Of a stretch of DNA of 64,000 bases, positions 17,625-29,888 are shown one piece after another. The DNA is from a bacterium (GTDB lineage: Bacteria > UBA8248): positions 768,001 to 832,000 of the forward strand of contig OY843592.1 of NCBI GenBank assembly GCA_963692865.2, read 5' to 3'. A program made the translations under genes and the position numbers. A model generated the notes under the pieces. The model worked only from the letters and a program-made list of their open reading frames with translations. It searched no databases and was not told the origin of the DNA. How positions within the stretch are numbered: the first letter of the stretch is position 1; every line of letters starts with the position of its first letter.

Positions 17625-18613
17625 GCCTCTCTGACTATCTTGTTCTTGAGAACGCCGATTCCCTCGATTTCGAGTTCGACCACGTCGCCGGGCTTGATCC
17701 ATTTATCAAGATCCGCCCCGCATCCCGTGGCCACGGTGCCCGAGCCGAACATCTCGCCCGGAACGAGTTCTTCCTCCATCGAGGCGTACTCGATCATCCT
17801 CTCCCAGGAGTAGTAGGCGTCGCCCGCGTTGCCCCGGCTCCATTCCTCGCCGTTGACGCGGGCGATCATCACCGCATCGGCCGGGTCGAATTCATCCGCC
17901 GTGACGACGCACGGGCCTATCGCCGTTCCGAAATCCTTGCCCTTGTGGGGCCCCAGCCAGTTTTTCATCTCCTCAATCTGGATGTCGCGGGCGCTGAAGT
18001 CGTTCAGCACGCTGAAGCCGAAAACGTGATCCATCGCGTTTTCCTGCGAGATGTCCTTGCCGCGCTTGCCGATGAACATGGCGAGTTCGAGCTCATAGTC
18101 GAGCTTTTCGGTGTAGCGCGGCCATTCGAGGTCGTCATCCGGGCCGATGATGGTCAGGCGGTTTCCCTTGTAGCAGGAGGGGAGCTCGTACCAGACGGGG
18201 TCGATGGCGGTGTTCCGGCGCCGCGCGCCGGCGGCCTTGTGGCCCTCGTGGATCAGAAAGTCGCGAAACGTGACGGGCCGGGGCACAGGGGGGCGCAAAC
18301 GCGCCTCCTCCAGGGAGAAGACGAGTCGCTCCCCGTCCGGCCCGCGCCTGTCCGGGTTCGCCAGGATGAATTCCTGCGCCGCCCGGGCGGCTTCGAGCGA
18401 GGGTTCTCCGCCCGCCATGAGTTCGCACATATCCTGGGGCAGCCTGAAATCGGCGTATTCGCGAAAACGCGGCTCCCGGCCTTCCTCCTGAAGGAGCGCG
18501 GCGTAGCCGTGGGCGAGGTCCAGGGCGATGGGTCCGCCTACGCCTTCCGCCAGAGCGCCGACGCGCGAGACGTTTCCGAGGAGGGTGGCGACTTCGAACG
18601 TGACGAATTTCAT
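17621..18613 (-). CDS. Fumarylacetoacetate hydrolase family protein
   Basis: RDFLIHEGH, YKGN, LDYELELA, LNDFSARDIQ, KGKDF, GSGT, GDVVELEIEGIGVLKN. Confidence 0.92.
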   Translation of the reverse strand: MKFVTFEVATLLGNVSRVGALAEGVGGPIALDLAHGYAALLQEEGREPRFREYADFRLPQDMCELMAGGEPSLEAARAAQEFILANPDRRGPDGERLVFSLEEARLRPPVPRPVTFRDFLIHEGHKAAGARRRNTAIDPVWYELPSCYKGNRLTIIGPDDDLEWPRYTEKLDYELELAMFIGKRGKDISQENAMDHVFGFSVLNDFSARDIQIEEMKNWLGPHKGKDFGTAIGPCVVTADEFDPADAVMIARVNGEEWSRGNAGDAYYSWERMIEYASMEEELVPGEMFGSGTVATGCGADLDKWIKPGDVVELEIEGIGVLKNKIVREA

Positions 18614-18763
18614 TGCGCTCTCCATGAACGAGGCAGGCGATACGAGCGTTTTCGGATTGTCCGGAAAATAGCACAAATCCCCGTGCGCGAGGAGGCAAGG
18701 CGCGCCGAAGACGTGAGATCGAACGCCCCGAATCCGAGAAGTTGCAAAAAATCCCTCCGGGGC

Positions 18764-18792
18764 TTGACTTCGGCCATGGCTGTGGGTAGTTT
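18764..18792 (+). promoter_or_regulatory. Candidate sigma70 promoter for the atp operon
   Basis: TTGACT-N17-TAGTTT, 145 bp upstream of the b' start. Confidence 0.45.
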
Positions 18793-18936
18793 TAAGCGTT
18801 TTTCGGGGCAGGAGATCAAGCCATGCCCTTGAAAACCATAGGAATTCATACGCCATTCCCCGACGGTTTTCGTGGAAGCGCCTGAACCCCTTGGGGATGA
18901 GTTTGCGCCCTGCGGGGGCAGGATGCAGAGGAAACG

Positions 18937-19515
18937 ATGGTCCGCCTTTTCCATTTGAAACGATTCGCTTTCGGTGTGACGCCGATACTGATGCTGCTGG
19001 CCGCGCCGTCCATCTCCTGGGCGGCGAGCGCTCCCACGAGCGGTTTCGGCGCCTGGCTCGCGGGCTTCAACGTGGGAAGCGGCGCCCTGGTCATCAACCC
19101 GGTCGTCATCCTGATTCAGTGGGTCAACTTTCTGATCCTGCTGATCGTCCTCAACAAGATTCTGATCAAACCCCTGCTGGGCCACATGGAATCGCGCGAC
19201 GCGCAGATCACCGGCGACCTCCAAACCGCCGAGCGCGACAGGGGCGAGGCGGCCGGCTACATCAGCCAGTACGAGGACGCGCTGGCGGAAATTCAGCGCG
19301 AGAACACCGAGGCCCTCATCGCGCTCCAGCAGGAGATGACCGAGGCGACCCGCAAGCGCCTCGATGAGGTTCGCGAGAGAACGAGCCGCGAGATCGAGGA
19401 GACGCGCCAGTCCATCGCGGCGCAGGCGAAACAGGCGGCTTCCGAACTCGAGAGCGGGGCCGGTCGGCTGGCGGGTGAAATCGCCACGAGGCTGGCGGGC
19501 CGCAGCATCGCATAG
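18937..19515 (+). CDS. atpF: ATP synthase Fo subunit b' (first b-type subunit)
   Basis: IQWVNFLILLIVLNKILIKPL transmembrane segment followed by coiled coil. First gene of the atp operon. Confidence 0.85.
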   Translation: MVRLFHLKRFAFGVTPILMLLAAPSISWAASAPTSGFGAWLAGFNVGSGALVINPVVILIQWVNFLILLIVLNKILIKPLLGHMESRDAQITGDLQTAERDRGEAAGYISQYEDALAEIQRENTEALIALQQEMTEATRKRLDEVRERTSREIEETRQSIAAQAKQAASELESGAGRLAGEIATRLAGRSIA

Positions 19516-19530
19516 AGGATCCGAATAGCC

Positions 19531-20133
19531 GTGCTTTCAGAGAAAAAATTCATCAGCCTTTCGGGCCTCCTGGTTCTGGCGGCGGCCCTGCCAGGCGCGG
19601 AATGGGCCTTGGCCGCGGAAGCCGGGGCGCATGCAAAAGCGTTCAGCTTTACCGAGGAGCTCTTCAAGCTCGTCAACACGCTCATCGTCGTGGGCATTCT
19701 CTACAAGGTCGCGTATCACCCCATCAGGAACTTCCTCAAGGACAGGCGGGAGGGCATTCGCAAGGCGCTCGAAGAATCCCGGGCCGCCCGCGAGGAGGCG
19801 GAAAAACAGCTTGCCGAGCAGCGCTCGAAGGTGGCCGATCTCGAAGCCGAACTCGTGCGCGTTCGCGAGCAAGGCGAGAAAGAGCGCGCCGCTATGCGCG
19901 AAAGACTTAAAGAAGAACAGGAGAATCAGGCGCAGCGCCTGCTCGCTCAGACAAGAACGACTATCGAGCTCGAAGCTTCCAAGGCGCGCGCGGACCTTCA
20001 GAACCAGGCGGCGAGCCTGGCGTTGAACCTCGCCGAGGAGATGCTCAACAAGGAGTTGGGCGAGGCGGATCAGGAAAGATTCGTCGAGAACTATCTCGCC
20101 AGGCTCGAGGATAGAAACGGAGGTTCGCTGTGA
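19531..20133 (+). CDS. atpF: ATP synthase Fo subunit b
   Basis: KLVNTLIVVGILYK...PIRNFLKDRREGI, coiled coil, DQERFVENYL. Confidence 0.88.
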   Translation: MLSEKKFISLSGLLVLAAALPGAEWALAAEAGAHAKAFSFTEELFKLVNTLIVVGILYKVAYHPIRNFLKDRREGIRKALEESRAAREEAEKQLAEQRSKVADLEAELVRVREQGEKERAAMRERLKEEQENQAQRLLAQTRTTIELEASKARADLQNQAASLALNLAEEMLNKELGEADQERFVENYLARLEDRNGGSL

Positions 20134-20672
20134 TTGGTGGCGAAGCTGCGCGCCGCTATGCGCGGGCATTGGTGGACATCGCCGAGAGCCGCGGCGTTCT
20201 GGACGAAACCGGAGAGGCGCTGACGGAGATAGCGGGCGAATTTCAGGGAAACCGGGAGTTGCGGCGCGTTTTGCTGAACCCGCGTTTCGCGCGCGCCGAA
20301 CGGGTGAAAATACTCGATGAGATAATGGCCGCATCGGGCGCGAACGAGTTGTTGCGCAGTTTCGTGCGCGTGGTGGCCGAGAAAGACCGCATCGGCGAAC
20401 TCTCCGACATGGCGCACAGCTACCAACGGCTTGCGGACGAGAGGCGCGGGCGGGTTCGCGCCCAGGTCAAGTCGGCCTATGATCTGGACGCAGAGGCCAT
20501 CGAAGGGTTGCGCGAAAAACTCTCCAAGATCACCGGAAGCGAGGTGCTCATGGAGGTAGAGACGGACGAGACGCTGATTGGCGGGCTGGTCTGCCGCGTG
20601 GGCGGCGTCGTGATGGACGGCAGCATCAAGAACCAGCTACGCAATTTAAGGAATACGTTGATTACGAATTGA
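20130..20672 (+). CDS. atpH: ATP synthase F1 subunit delta
   Basis: [24 protein letters not shown]. Confidence 0.95.
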   Translation: MIGGEAARRYARALVDIAESRGVLDETGEALTEIAGEFQGNRELRRVLLNPRFARAERVKILDEIMAASGANELLRSFVRVVAEKDRIGELSDMAHSYQRLADERRGRVRAQVKSAYDLDAEAIEGLREKLSKITGSEVLMEVETDETLIGGLVCRVGGVVMDGSIKNQLRNLRNTLITN

Positions 20673-20710
20673 TACTCTCTGAACAAGTTGAAGCATCGAG
20701 GGGGCAATCC

Positions 20711-22252
20711 ATGCAGATTCGCGCCGAAGAAATCAGCCAGATCATCCAGAAACAAATCGAGGGATTCGACGCCTCGGTCGAACTCGCGGAGACCGGCAGC
20801 GTCATCTCGGTGGGCGACGGCATCGCCCGCGTCTATGGTCTTGAGAAGTGCATGGCAGGTGAATTATTGGCCTTCCCGGGCGATTTATACGGAATGGCGC
20901 TCAACCTCGAAACCGACAACGTCGGCGCCGTGCTTCTGGGCGATGACCGCGCCATCAAGGAAGGCGACGAGGTCCGGCGAACAGGGCGCATCGTGCAGGT
21001 GCCCGTCGGCAAAGCGCTGGCCGGCCGCGTCGTGAACGCGCTGGGCCAACCCATCGACGGAAAAGGCCCCATCGAGACCGATGACACCCAAAACCTGGAA
21101 GTCATCGCCCCCGGCGTGGTGGATCGACAGCCCGTGAAGGAGCCCTTGCAGACCGGAATCAAGGCCATCGACGGCATGGTTCCCATCGGCCGAGGACAGC
21201 GTGAACTCATCATCGGCGACCGCCAGACCGGCAAGACCGCCATCGCGGTCGACGCCATCATCAACCAGAAAAACACCGACGTGTACTGCATCTACGTCTG
21301 CACCGGCCAGAAGCGCTCCACGCTCGCGCAGGTGGTGAGCACGCTCGAGGAATACGGCGCGATGGACTACACCGTCGTCGTGGCGGCTACGGCCTCCGAC
21401 CCCGCGCCTTTGCAGTACATCTCGCCCTATGCCGGTTGCGCCATCGGCGAGTATTTCCGAGACAACGGCATGCACGCGCTGATCATCTACGACGACCTGT
21501 CGAAACAGGCGGCAGCCTATCGTCAACTTTCCTTGATGCTCAGGCGTCCGCCGGGCCGCGAAGCCTATCCCGGAGACGTTTTCTACCTCCACTCGCGCCT
21601 GCTGGAGCGAGCGGCGAAGCTGAGCGACGACTTGGGCGGCGGTTCGCTGACGGCCCTGCCCATCATCGAAACGCAGGCGGGCGACGTGTCGGCCTACATC
21701 CCGACGAACGTGATCTCCATCACCGACGGGCAGATTTATCTCGAATCCGCCCTGTTCCACTCGGGCATCCGGCCGGCCATCAACGTGGGGCTTTCCGTCT
21801 CCCGCGTGGGCGGCGCCGCACAGAACAAGGCCATGAAGAAGGTGGCCGGCACCTTGCGCCTCGATCTGGCGCAGTACCGCGAAATGGCGGCTTTTGCGCA
21901 GTTCGGTTCCGAACTCGACGCGGCCACGCAGGCGCAGTTGTCCCGGGGTTCGCGTCTGACGGAACTGCTCAAGCAGCCCCAGTATGCGCCCGAGATAGTT
22001 CATCGCCAGATCATGTCGATATTCCTGGGTACGCAAGGCTATCTCGACAGCGTGGACATCAACGACATCCAGAAGGTGAACAACGACTTCCTGACCTACA
22101 TGGAGACGAGCCACGCGCAGTTGGTGAGCGACTTGGCGGAAAAACGCGAGTTGACCGACGAGATCACCGAGGGATTGCGGGCTGCGTGCGAAGAGTTCGT
22201 GAAGACGCTTCAGGCGGCGGAGCCCGAGACGGCGGCCGCGGCGGCGGAATAG
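20711..22252 (+). CDS. atpA: ATP synthase F1 subunit alpha
   Basis: [42 protein letters not shown]. Confidence 0.98.
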   Translation: MQIRAEEISQIIQKQIEGFDASVELAETGSVISVGDGIARVYGLEKCMAGELLAFPGDLYGMALNLETDNVGAVLLGDDRAIKEGDEVRRTGRIVQVPVGKALAGRVVNALGQPIDGKGPIETDDTQNLEVIAPGVVDRQPVKEPLQTGIKAIDGMVPIGRGQRELIIGDRQTGKTAIAVDAIINQKNTDVYCIYVCTGQKRSTLAQVVSTLEEYGAMDYTVVVAATASDPAPLQYISPYAGCAIGEYFRDNGMHALIIYDDLSKQAAAYRQLSLMLRRPPGREAYPGDVFYLHSRLLERAAKLSDDLGGGSLTALPIIETQAGDVSAYIPTNVISITDGQIYLESALFHSGIRPAINVGLSVSRVGGAAQNKAMKKVAGTLRLDLAQYREMAAFAQFGSELDAATQAQLSRGSRLTELLKQPQYAPEIVHRQIMSIFLGTQGYLDSVDINDIQKVNNDFLTYMETSHAQLVSDLAEKRELTDEITEGLRAACEEFVKTLQAAEPETAAAAAE

Positions 22253-22259
22253 GTGGAAA

Positions 22260-23141
22260 ATGGCCTCTACCAGAGATTACAAGCGCCGAATACGCAGCGT
22301 TAAGAACACCCAGCAGATCACGCGGGCGATGAAGCTCGTGGCGGCTTCGAAGGTGCGCAGAGCGCAGGAGCGCATCGAGAGCGCCCGGCCCTACAGCGAG
22401 AAGATAGAAGAGCTGGTGAACTCGCTGGCCGCGAAAGTCTCGGCGGACACGCACCCCCTTCTCCGCGACGATATGAAGGACGATAGGGTTCTTTTGCTCG
22501 TCATCACCTCGGACAAGGGCCTTTGCGGCGGCTACAACACCAACCTGCTCCGCCAGGCGCTTCAGTTTTTGAGGACGCGTGAGGAGCAAGGCAAGGAGAC
22601 GGAAATCATCGTCGTAGGCCGCAAGGGCCGCGATTTCCTGGCCCGCCGGGAATTTTCCTTCAAGGAGCAGTTCACCGAAGTATACGGAAAGATAGACTTC
22701 GACCTCGCCACCCGACTGGCCGAGATGATGACCAGGGCGTATCTCGAAGAAAGCTTCGATGAGGTCCACATCATCACCACGGAGTTTCGAACGATTCTGA
22801 GCCAGAGCCCGAGGCTCTCGCGGCTTCTGCCTCTGGCGCCTCCGGTGCCTGAGTCTATCGACGCGCAAGGCGAGCCCGTGGCGGCGGAATACATTTACGA
22901 GCCTTCGATGGAGGGCGTGCTGGACAGCATCCTGCCGAGGCACGTGCGGGTGCAGATCTACAGGGCGCTTCTCGACGCGGAGGCGAGCGAGTTCGGCGCC
23001 CGCATGACGGCGATGGACAACGCGTCCAGAAACGCCGAGGAGATGATCGGGACGCTGACCCTGCAGATGAACCGCGTGCGCCAGGCTTCGATCACCACGG
23101 AGTTGCTCGAAGTGGTGGCCGGCGCAGATGCGCTGGCATAG
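22260..23141 (+). CDS. atpG: ATP synthase F1 subunit gamma
   Basis: RIRSVKNTQQITRAMKLVAASK, SDKGLCG, ARMTAMDNA, RQASITTEL. Confidence 0.97.
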   Translation: MASTRDYKRRIRSVKNTQQITRAMKLVAASKVRRAQERIESARPYSEKIEELVNSLAAKVSADTHPLLRDDMKDDRVLLLVITSDKGLCGGYNTNLLRQALQFLRTREEQGKETEIIVVGRKGRDFLARREFSFKEQFTEVYGKIDFDLATRLAEMMTRAYLEESFDEVHIITTEFRTILSQSPRLSRLLPLAPPVPESIDAQGEPVAAEYIYEPSMEGVLDSILPRHVRVQIYRALLDAEASEFGARMTAMDNASRNAEEMIGTLTLQMNRVRQASITTELLEVVAGADALA

Positions 23142-23187
23142 AGGTTTCGAGAAAGAGAAAACATTTCCGAACAGAGCCGCTCGATGA

Positions 23188-24648
<1,461 letters not shown>

Positions 24649-24652
24649 GAGA

Positions 24653-25078
24653 ATGGTTGAAGGCAAGATGATGCTCGACATCGTAACGCCCGAGAGAAAG
24701 CTCGTCTCCGCCGAGGTGGACGAGGTGACGGCCCCGGGGTTTTACGGGGAGTTCGGCGTGTTGCCCCAGCACACGCCCTACCTGTGCCAACTGGGCGTCG
24801 GCGTGCTCAGCTATCGCACGGGGAGCGCGCGGTATTTCGTCTCCATCATCGAGGGGTACGCCGAGGTGGGACCCGACAAGATAACCATACTGGCGGAGCA
24901 CGCCGAACGGGCCGAGGACATCGACGCCGAGCGCGCGCAGGATTCCCGCCGGCGCGCGCAGGAGCGCATGGCGGGCCAGAAGAGCGAAGAAGAGCTTGAT
25001 TTCGATCGGGCCGAGTTGGCCCTCAAGCGCGCCATCACCCGCATTTCCGTGGCGAACCAGAGCGGCCTCAGCAACTAG
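24653..25078 (+). CDS. atpC: ATP synthase F1 subunit epsilon
   Basis: IVTPER, GEFGVLPQH, ITILAE.AER.EDID. Confidence 0.96.
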   Translation: MVEGKMMLDIVTPERKLVSAEVDEVTAPGFYGEFGVLPQHTPYLCQLGVGVLSYRTGSARYFVSIIEGYAEVGPDKITILAEHAERAEDIDAERAQDSRRRAQERMAGQKSEEELDFDRAELALKRAITRISVANQSGLSN

Positions 25079-25094
25079 CGGATTTTTCGCACGA

Positions 25095-25139
25095 GGGCCG
25101 TCGCTTACCCCATGGGGTGAATGACGGCCTTCTTTTTTT
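25095..25139 (+). terminator. Rho-independent terminator of the atp operon
   Basis: GGCCGTC...CACCCC-type stem (ACCCCATGGGGT core)...GACGGCC followed by TTCTTTTTTT. Confidence 0.7.
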
Positions 25140-25241
25140 GTCGTATACATGAGCCTGAAAGCCGCGTTCGTCCGCTCGGGCGTGCGCCCATTTCCAGATA
25201 CGCCGCCTTGAGTGAAAGTTTCGTTTTCAGGAGATGACGCC

Positions 25242-25685
25242 ATGAAAATCGTATCCTTGGCCGTGTTCGCGTTCGTGATATCGCTCCTTCTGGCGGCGCC
25301 CTCTTATCCGGCGGGCGACCCCAAGCCCCAAATGGCCGGAGAAAATTATGCGCAAGGAGAGGCAAAGGCGCGGGAGGGAAAATGGGCCGAAGCGGCGGAG
25401 TTGTTTCGTAAAGTCATCGAAGAAGACGGCGGGCACTACAAGGCCTGGAACATGCTGGGTTATTCCCTGAGGAAAATGGGCAAGGCGAATGAGGCCATCG
25501 CCGCCTACGACAAGGCGCTCTCCATCAAGCCCGATTATGCTCCCGCCCTGGAATATCGAGGCGTCGCCCACGTGATGGCCGGGAACAAGGCGGCCGCACT
25601 GGCGGATCTGCAAAAGCTCAAGAGCCTGGGTTCTCCGCTTGCCGAAGACTTGGGCAAGGCGATAGCGGCCATGCCGGCCAACTGA
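25242..25685 (+). CDS. Exported tetratricopeptide repeat protein
   Basis: Signal peptide plus TPR motifs (AWNMLGYSLRKMG..EAIAAYDKALSIKPDY..ALEYRG). Confidence 0.85.
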   Translation: MKIVSLAVFAFVISLLLAAPSYPAGDPKPQMAGENYAQGEAKAREGKWAEAAELFRKVIEEDGGHYKAWNMLGYSLRKMGKANEAIAAYDKALSIKPDYAPALEYRGVAHVMAGNKAAALADLQKLKSLGSPLAEDLGKAIAAMPAN

Positions 25686-25702
25686 TTTGCTCTGTCATTA
25701 TA

Positions 25703-25737
25703 GCCGCCCCGCAGGTTCTCCCCGCGGGGCGGTTTTT
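25703..25737 (+). terminator. Rho-independent terminator between convergent genes
   Basis: GCCGCCCCGC...GCGGGGCGGT followed by TTTTT. Confidence 0.65.
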
Positions 25738-26926
25738 ATATGCGCATGAACTTCATGGGGAACTTCTGGAGTGCGCGCGCGCCCGTTTTGGTGACCTCCA
25801 CGAGGTTTCCCACCTGGAGACCGCGCTTGCCGTCCGCCGTGCAGACGTTGGGCTGAATCACCATGAGCATCCCCTCCTTGAAGGTGATCTCGTTCTGGGG
25901 ACGCTTGAGGATGGTGGCGGCCACGTCGACGCGGGGATTTTCGATGAGCAGCCCCCAGCCGTGGAAGGTGGTGTCGAAGGTCGTGAAGCCTTCCTCCTCG
26001 ATGATGGAACCCGCGCTCCGAATGTCCTCATGCGTGTTGCCCGGCTTCAATGCCTTGAGGATGCGCTCGTAGGCCTCCACGCCCACTTCGTAGAGCTTCC
26101 GGTAGATGGGGGTCGGCGCCACGCCGACGGAGATGGGCCGGTGCGCCTGGCCGGGGTGCATCTCGTAGTCGGCGGATAGCTCCGTGAGCACGATGTCGCC
26201 TTTTCTGATCTTGCGGTGGGACGGAAACTGGTTGGGGAAGATCAGCTGCGGCCTCGCCATGGAGGTCGAACCCACGAAGATGAGCTGCGGGCTCCCGCCC
26301 CTGGGCACGTATGCGCCGGAGATGGTGGCGGCGAGTTCGAACTCGCTCATCCCAATCTTTGCTTTTTTATCCAGCGCCTCGAAGGCCATGTCCGTGAGCG
26401 CCGCCCCGCGCCGGAACCACTTGAGTTCCTCTTTGCTCTTGATGAGCCGCACTTCGGCCAGGATGTCCGATGCGTCGGTGAAATTCGCGCCCTTGAGAGC
26501 CTCGCGCCAGTAGTCCACCACGCTGAACGGCAGGGAGACGGGCAGAATGCCGCGAAAGCCGACCAGGCCGATGGTTCCTTTCTCAAGCCCCAGTTCGCGA
26601 ATGCGTCCTTCGACCTTGGGTCCCGGCTCGTAGTCCACGGCTTCGGTCTTCGCGATGATGCTCATCCTTTTGGCGTAGGGCAGGTAGAGCCTGTTCGATA
26701 TGAAAAGAGCGGGCGCGCCCCTGAGCGGAAAGACGAAGAAGCTGCTCACCGGGTCCTTGTAGTTCGTGACGTATTTGAGGTTGGCCTGGTTGCCGCCCTG
26801 CATTCCCGAATCCCCGTAGAAGATGAGGACGTCGATGCCCCGCGCGCGCATCCTTTTTCTGATCTCGCGGTAGCGGCGCGCGTATTCGGCTTTCGGGTAG
26901 CGGGGGAAGTCTCTGGTCGAGGCCAT
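25736..26926 (-). CDS. M24 (Xaa-Pro peptidase/creatinase) family protein with substituted metal ligands
   Basis: Creatinase_N-like N-terminus (EYARRY..IR..M...GID), RLIKSKEEL, FHGWG, EGMLMVIQP. Confidence 0.85.
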   Translation of the reverse strand: MASTRDFPRYPKAEYARRYREIRKRMRARGIDVLIFYGDSGMQGGNQANLKYVTNYKDPVSSFFVFPLRGAPALFISNRLYLPYAKRMSIIAKTEAVDYEPGPKVEGRIRELGLEKGTIGLVGFRGILPVSLPFSVVDYWREALKGANFTDASDILAEVRLIKSKEELKWFRRGAALTDMAFEALDKKAKIGMSEFELAATISGAYVPRGGSPQLIFVGSTSMARPQLIFPNQFPSHRKIRKGDIVLTELSADYEMHPGQAHRPISVGVAPTPIYRKLYEVGVEAYERILKALKPGNTHEDIRSAGSIIEEEGFTTFDTTFHGWGLLIENPRVDVAATILKRPQNEITFKEGMLMVIQPNVCTADGKRGLQVGNLVEVTKTGARALQKFPMKFMRI

Positions 26927-26955
26927 GTTGGTGTCTCCTTGGAGGTTCGAAAGTC

Positions 26956-27963
26956 CTATGCCTTCAGTGCGGGCATGAGTTCGTCGGATATGAGCCGCGC
27001 GCTCTCCATCGCCGAGGAGGCGGGCATGCCGATCCAGTGCGTTCGGATGATGAGGTGGTTCACGCCCATGTCCTTGTAGGGTTTTAGTTGCTCGTAGCAA
27101 TCCTCCGGCGAGCCGATGACGAAGCGATCCTTGAGCAAATCCTCGAAGGGCTGATCGAAGGTCTCATCCTCGGGAAGAGCCTTGTCCTGCCCCCAGCGGG
27201 CGTAGTCCCTGTATTTCTGCCCGAGGTAGGGACCTGCGAGTTCGAGCGCCGTTTTCCTGTCCCTGGCGCAGAAGACCTCCTTCATGCAGGGGAGCTCCTC
27301 AGGCATGGATTTTCCCGCCTCGTCCAGCCCCTCGCGGTAGACGTCCATCTGGCGTGCGATGGTCTGCGTGGTGGCGTGGGGGTTGATGAAGAGCGTGTCG
27401 CCCATGTGCGCCGCGCGCTTCACGGCCGGGTCGTTGTTCGCCGCGAACCAGATGGGCGGATGGGGCTTCTGCACGGGGCGCATGTTCATGCGCACGTCTT
27501 CGAGCGAGCAGTATTCGCTCTCGAACGAGACGGACTCTTCCGTCCAGAGGCGTTTCACCAGTTCGAGGCAGTCCACGAAGCGCTTCACCCGCTCGCCGCG
27601 CCTGACGCCGAAGGCGTCGAACTCCACGTCTCGGTAGCCGAGGCCGACGCCGAACACCATGTTGCCCTCGGCGATGACGTCCATGGTGGCGACTGTCTCC
27701 GCTACGTAGACCGGGTTGTGCAGGTTGATGAGCAAGACGCCGATGCCGAGCGTCATGTCGCCCGCCTCCGCCTTCAAGCGCGCGAGAAAGGGCAGGTTCT
27801 GAAGATGCTGTACGTTCCCCTCGCTCAAGTAGTGCTGGCCGGTGAAGAAAGAATCCCAGCCCTTGTCCCGTGTAAGGCGAACAAGATCTATTTGAGAGTG
27901 AAAGGCTTCGACCAGATTGGCGTCCAGGGTCTGTTGCGCGGACAGAAAGATGCCGAATTTCAT
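26956..27963 (-). CDS. LLM class flavin-dependent oxidoreductase (luciferase-like)
   Basis: MKFGIFL, HNPVYVAETVATMD, GVGLGYR..EF, PVQKPHPPIW, IGSPEDC. Confidence 0.92.
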   Translation of the reverse strand: MKFGIFLSAQQTLDANLVEAFHSQIDLVRLTRDKGWDSFFTGQHYLSEGNVQHLQNLPFLARLKAEAGDMTLGIGVLLINLHNPVYVAETVATMDVIAEGNMVFGVGLGYRDVEFDAFGVRRGERVKRFVDCLELVKRLWTEESVSFESEYCSLEDVRMNMRPVQKPHPPIWFAANNDPAVKRAAHMGDTLFINPHATTQTIARQMDVYREGLDEAGKSMPEELPCMKEVFCARDRKTALELAGPYLGQKYRDYARWGQDKALPEDETFDQPFEDLLKDRFVIGSPEDCYEQLKPYKDMGVNHLIIRTHWIGMPASSAMESARLISDELMPALKA

Positions 27964-28002
27964 GTCTGAACCTCAGAAAAGGCGGTTTATCCGTGAAGGT
28001 GT

Positions 28003-28038
28003 AAAAAAACCGCGGGGGGCGTTGAGCACCCCCCGCGG
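28003..28038 (-). terminator. Rho-independent terminator after SBP copy 1
   Basis: CCGCGGGGGG...CCCCCCGCGG hairpin followed by a T-run on the minus strand. Confidence 0.75.
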
Positions 28039-28061
28039 CTTGGTGCAGCGAAAACGCCCGC

Positions 28062-29591
28062 TTAGTTCATGCCGAGCACTTCGATCTCCCAGGGGAGAAG
28101 CGTCTCGTCGTGGCGCGGGGTCCACCTGAGGTTCGCCCGGTGGCCGAGCACGTCGTGGATCTTCACGACGATTTTGTGCGTTGCCAACGCTTTCATCTTG
28201 TCGGTCACGGCCTCGAACGCCATCTGCTGTTCTTTTTCGTCAACGGTGGCGTTGGCCTTGTCGATCATCGCATCCAGTTCCTTGAAGCACATGCCGCTCC
28301 AGGCGCCTTTGCAGCTCGACGTTCCGCGAAGCACGCCGGAGGAATCACCCCCGCCGTTGCCGAAGCCCATGTAATAGGCGGCGGCGCCCTTCTTTTTGCC
28401 CGCCTTGTAGGCGCGGTGCAGCTTCTTGAAGAGCGGGAAGCGCTGGGAGTTGCACGTGGCGTTCACGCCGACTTTCTTGACCATGCCGGCGATGGCCTCA
28501 CACGTGGGCTTGTCGCCCGGGTAGCGGCCGTTCGTGGCGACGAGTTCCATCTTGAAGCCCTTTTCGTAGCCAGCTTCCTTCAAGAGGGCCTTCGCCTTGG
28601 CCGGGTCGTAGCCGTACCATTTTTTCTTCGGGTTGTAGCCCGAGTAGTTCCAGGGGTGGAGCATCTGGCCGAAGAGGTCGGCGCGCCCGCCCAGGATGGT
28701 TGTGCGAATGGCTTCTGCGTCGATGGCGTAGTTGATCGCCTGGCGCACCTTCACGTTGGCCATCGGACCGCCATGTCTCGTGAAGAAGCCCATGTGCATG
28801 ATGCGCACGGCCGGGACGACGGCGACTTTCGTCTTCGGGTTTTTCTCGAGCTGGGGGATGAACTGCGGCATGATGCCCCAGGCCACGTCGATCTCGCCCG
28901 CCTGAAGCGCCTTGGCGCGCGTGGCGCTCTCGCGGATGCGGCGGAGGACGATGCGCTGCGGACGTTTCGGGAAGTTCTTGTTGTTCCACCAGTTCGGGTT
29001 CGCGTCGAACACCATCTTCTGGCCCTTGGTCCAGGACTTGAGGACATAGGGTCCCGTGCCGTAGGTGTTGCGCGAGATATGGGCGAGTTCCATGCCCTTG
29101 GTCTTCAGGCTGATGGAGCCGGCCCAGCGGGTCAGACGGTTCCACATGCCGCTGTCGGGCTGTTTGTTATGGTAGATGAAGGTGTTGTCGTCGAGAATTT
29201 CGATTTTATCGAAGTTCTTGAAGTAGGTTCTCTGGCGAGCGGATTTCAAGACACGGGTCATCGTGTACTTGAAGTTTTCCGCCGTCAGGCGCGTGCCGTC
29301 CGAGAACTTGACGCCCTTTCTCAGATGGAACTTCGCGCTCTTTGGGGATACCTTCACCCACTTCGTGGCGAGCCAGGGCTTTTTCGCGCCCGTTCCGGTC
29401 TCGGCGTGAATCAGGGTGTCGTAGCTCCAACGCCAGACCATCGCGCCGATGAAGTTCGAGACTCGGTGCGGGTCCATCGTCGGGGGTTCGCCCGTCAGGG
29501 CGATGGTGACGGTGCTTTTCGCGTCAGCCGTCACGGGCGCGCCCATCGCCAGTATGGCGAAGACGGCCAGGATTACGAGAAACTTCCGCAT
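28062..29591 (-). CDS. ABC peptide/nickel transporter substrate-binding protein (SBP family 5), copy 1
   Basis: Signal peptide MRKFLVILAV...ADA, EPPTMDPH, LRKGVKFSDG, GTGPY, VRQAINYAID. Confidence 0.92.
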   Translation of the reverse strand: MRKFLVILAVFAILAMGAPVTADAKSTVTIALTGEPPTMDPHRVSNFIGAMVWRWSYDTLIHAETGTGAKKPWLATKWVKVSPKSAKFHLRKGVKFSDGTRLTAENFKYTMTRVLKSARQRTYFKNFDKIEILDDNTFIYHNKQPDSGMWNRLTRWAGSISLKTKGMELAHISRNTYGTGPYVLKSWTKGQKMVFDANPNWWNNKNFPKRPQRIVLRRIRESATRAKALQAGEIDVAWGIMPQFIPQLEKNPKTKVAVVPAVRIMHMGFFTRHGGPMANVKVRQAINYAIDAEAIRTTILGGRADLFGQMLHPWNYSGYNPKKKWYGYDPAKAKALLKEAGYEKGFKMELVATNGRYPGDKPTCEAIAGMVKKVGVNATCNSQRFPLFKKLHRAYKAGKKKGAAAYYMGFGNGGGDSSGVLRGTSSCKGAWSGMCFKELDAMIDKANATVDEKEQQMAFEAVTDKMKALATHKIVVKIHDVLGHRANLRWTPRHDETLLPWEIEVLGMN

Positions 29592-29888
29592 GATTCTTCC
29601 TCCTGAAAAAGAAATGTGCCGTTCCAAAATGTTACTGTTTCGAAGATGGGCTATCCATCTTCTTTCATCAATCACCGAAACTGCTGGCGATGTTCTATTC
29701 TCTATAGATGTATATCTGAATTTATCATGGATACGAATCAAGCGTCAAAGCAGGAAAACGACCTGTCGCCGCCTGGATTCCTGATGGACGTGGGGTGCTT
29801 AAGTTGTGCAGGCCGGGGCATCGTATGGATGTTCCCCGCGTCGCGAAATGTATGAATGCGTCCGACGTTTCAACGAGGATCAGGCTTC

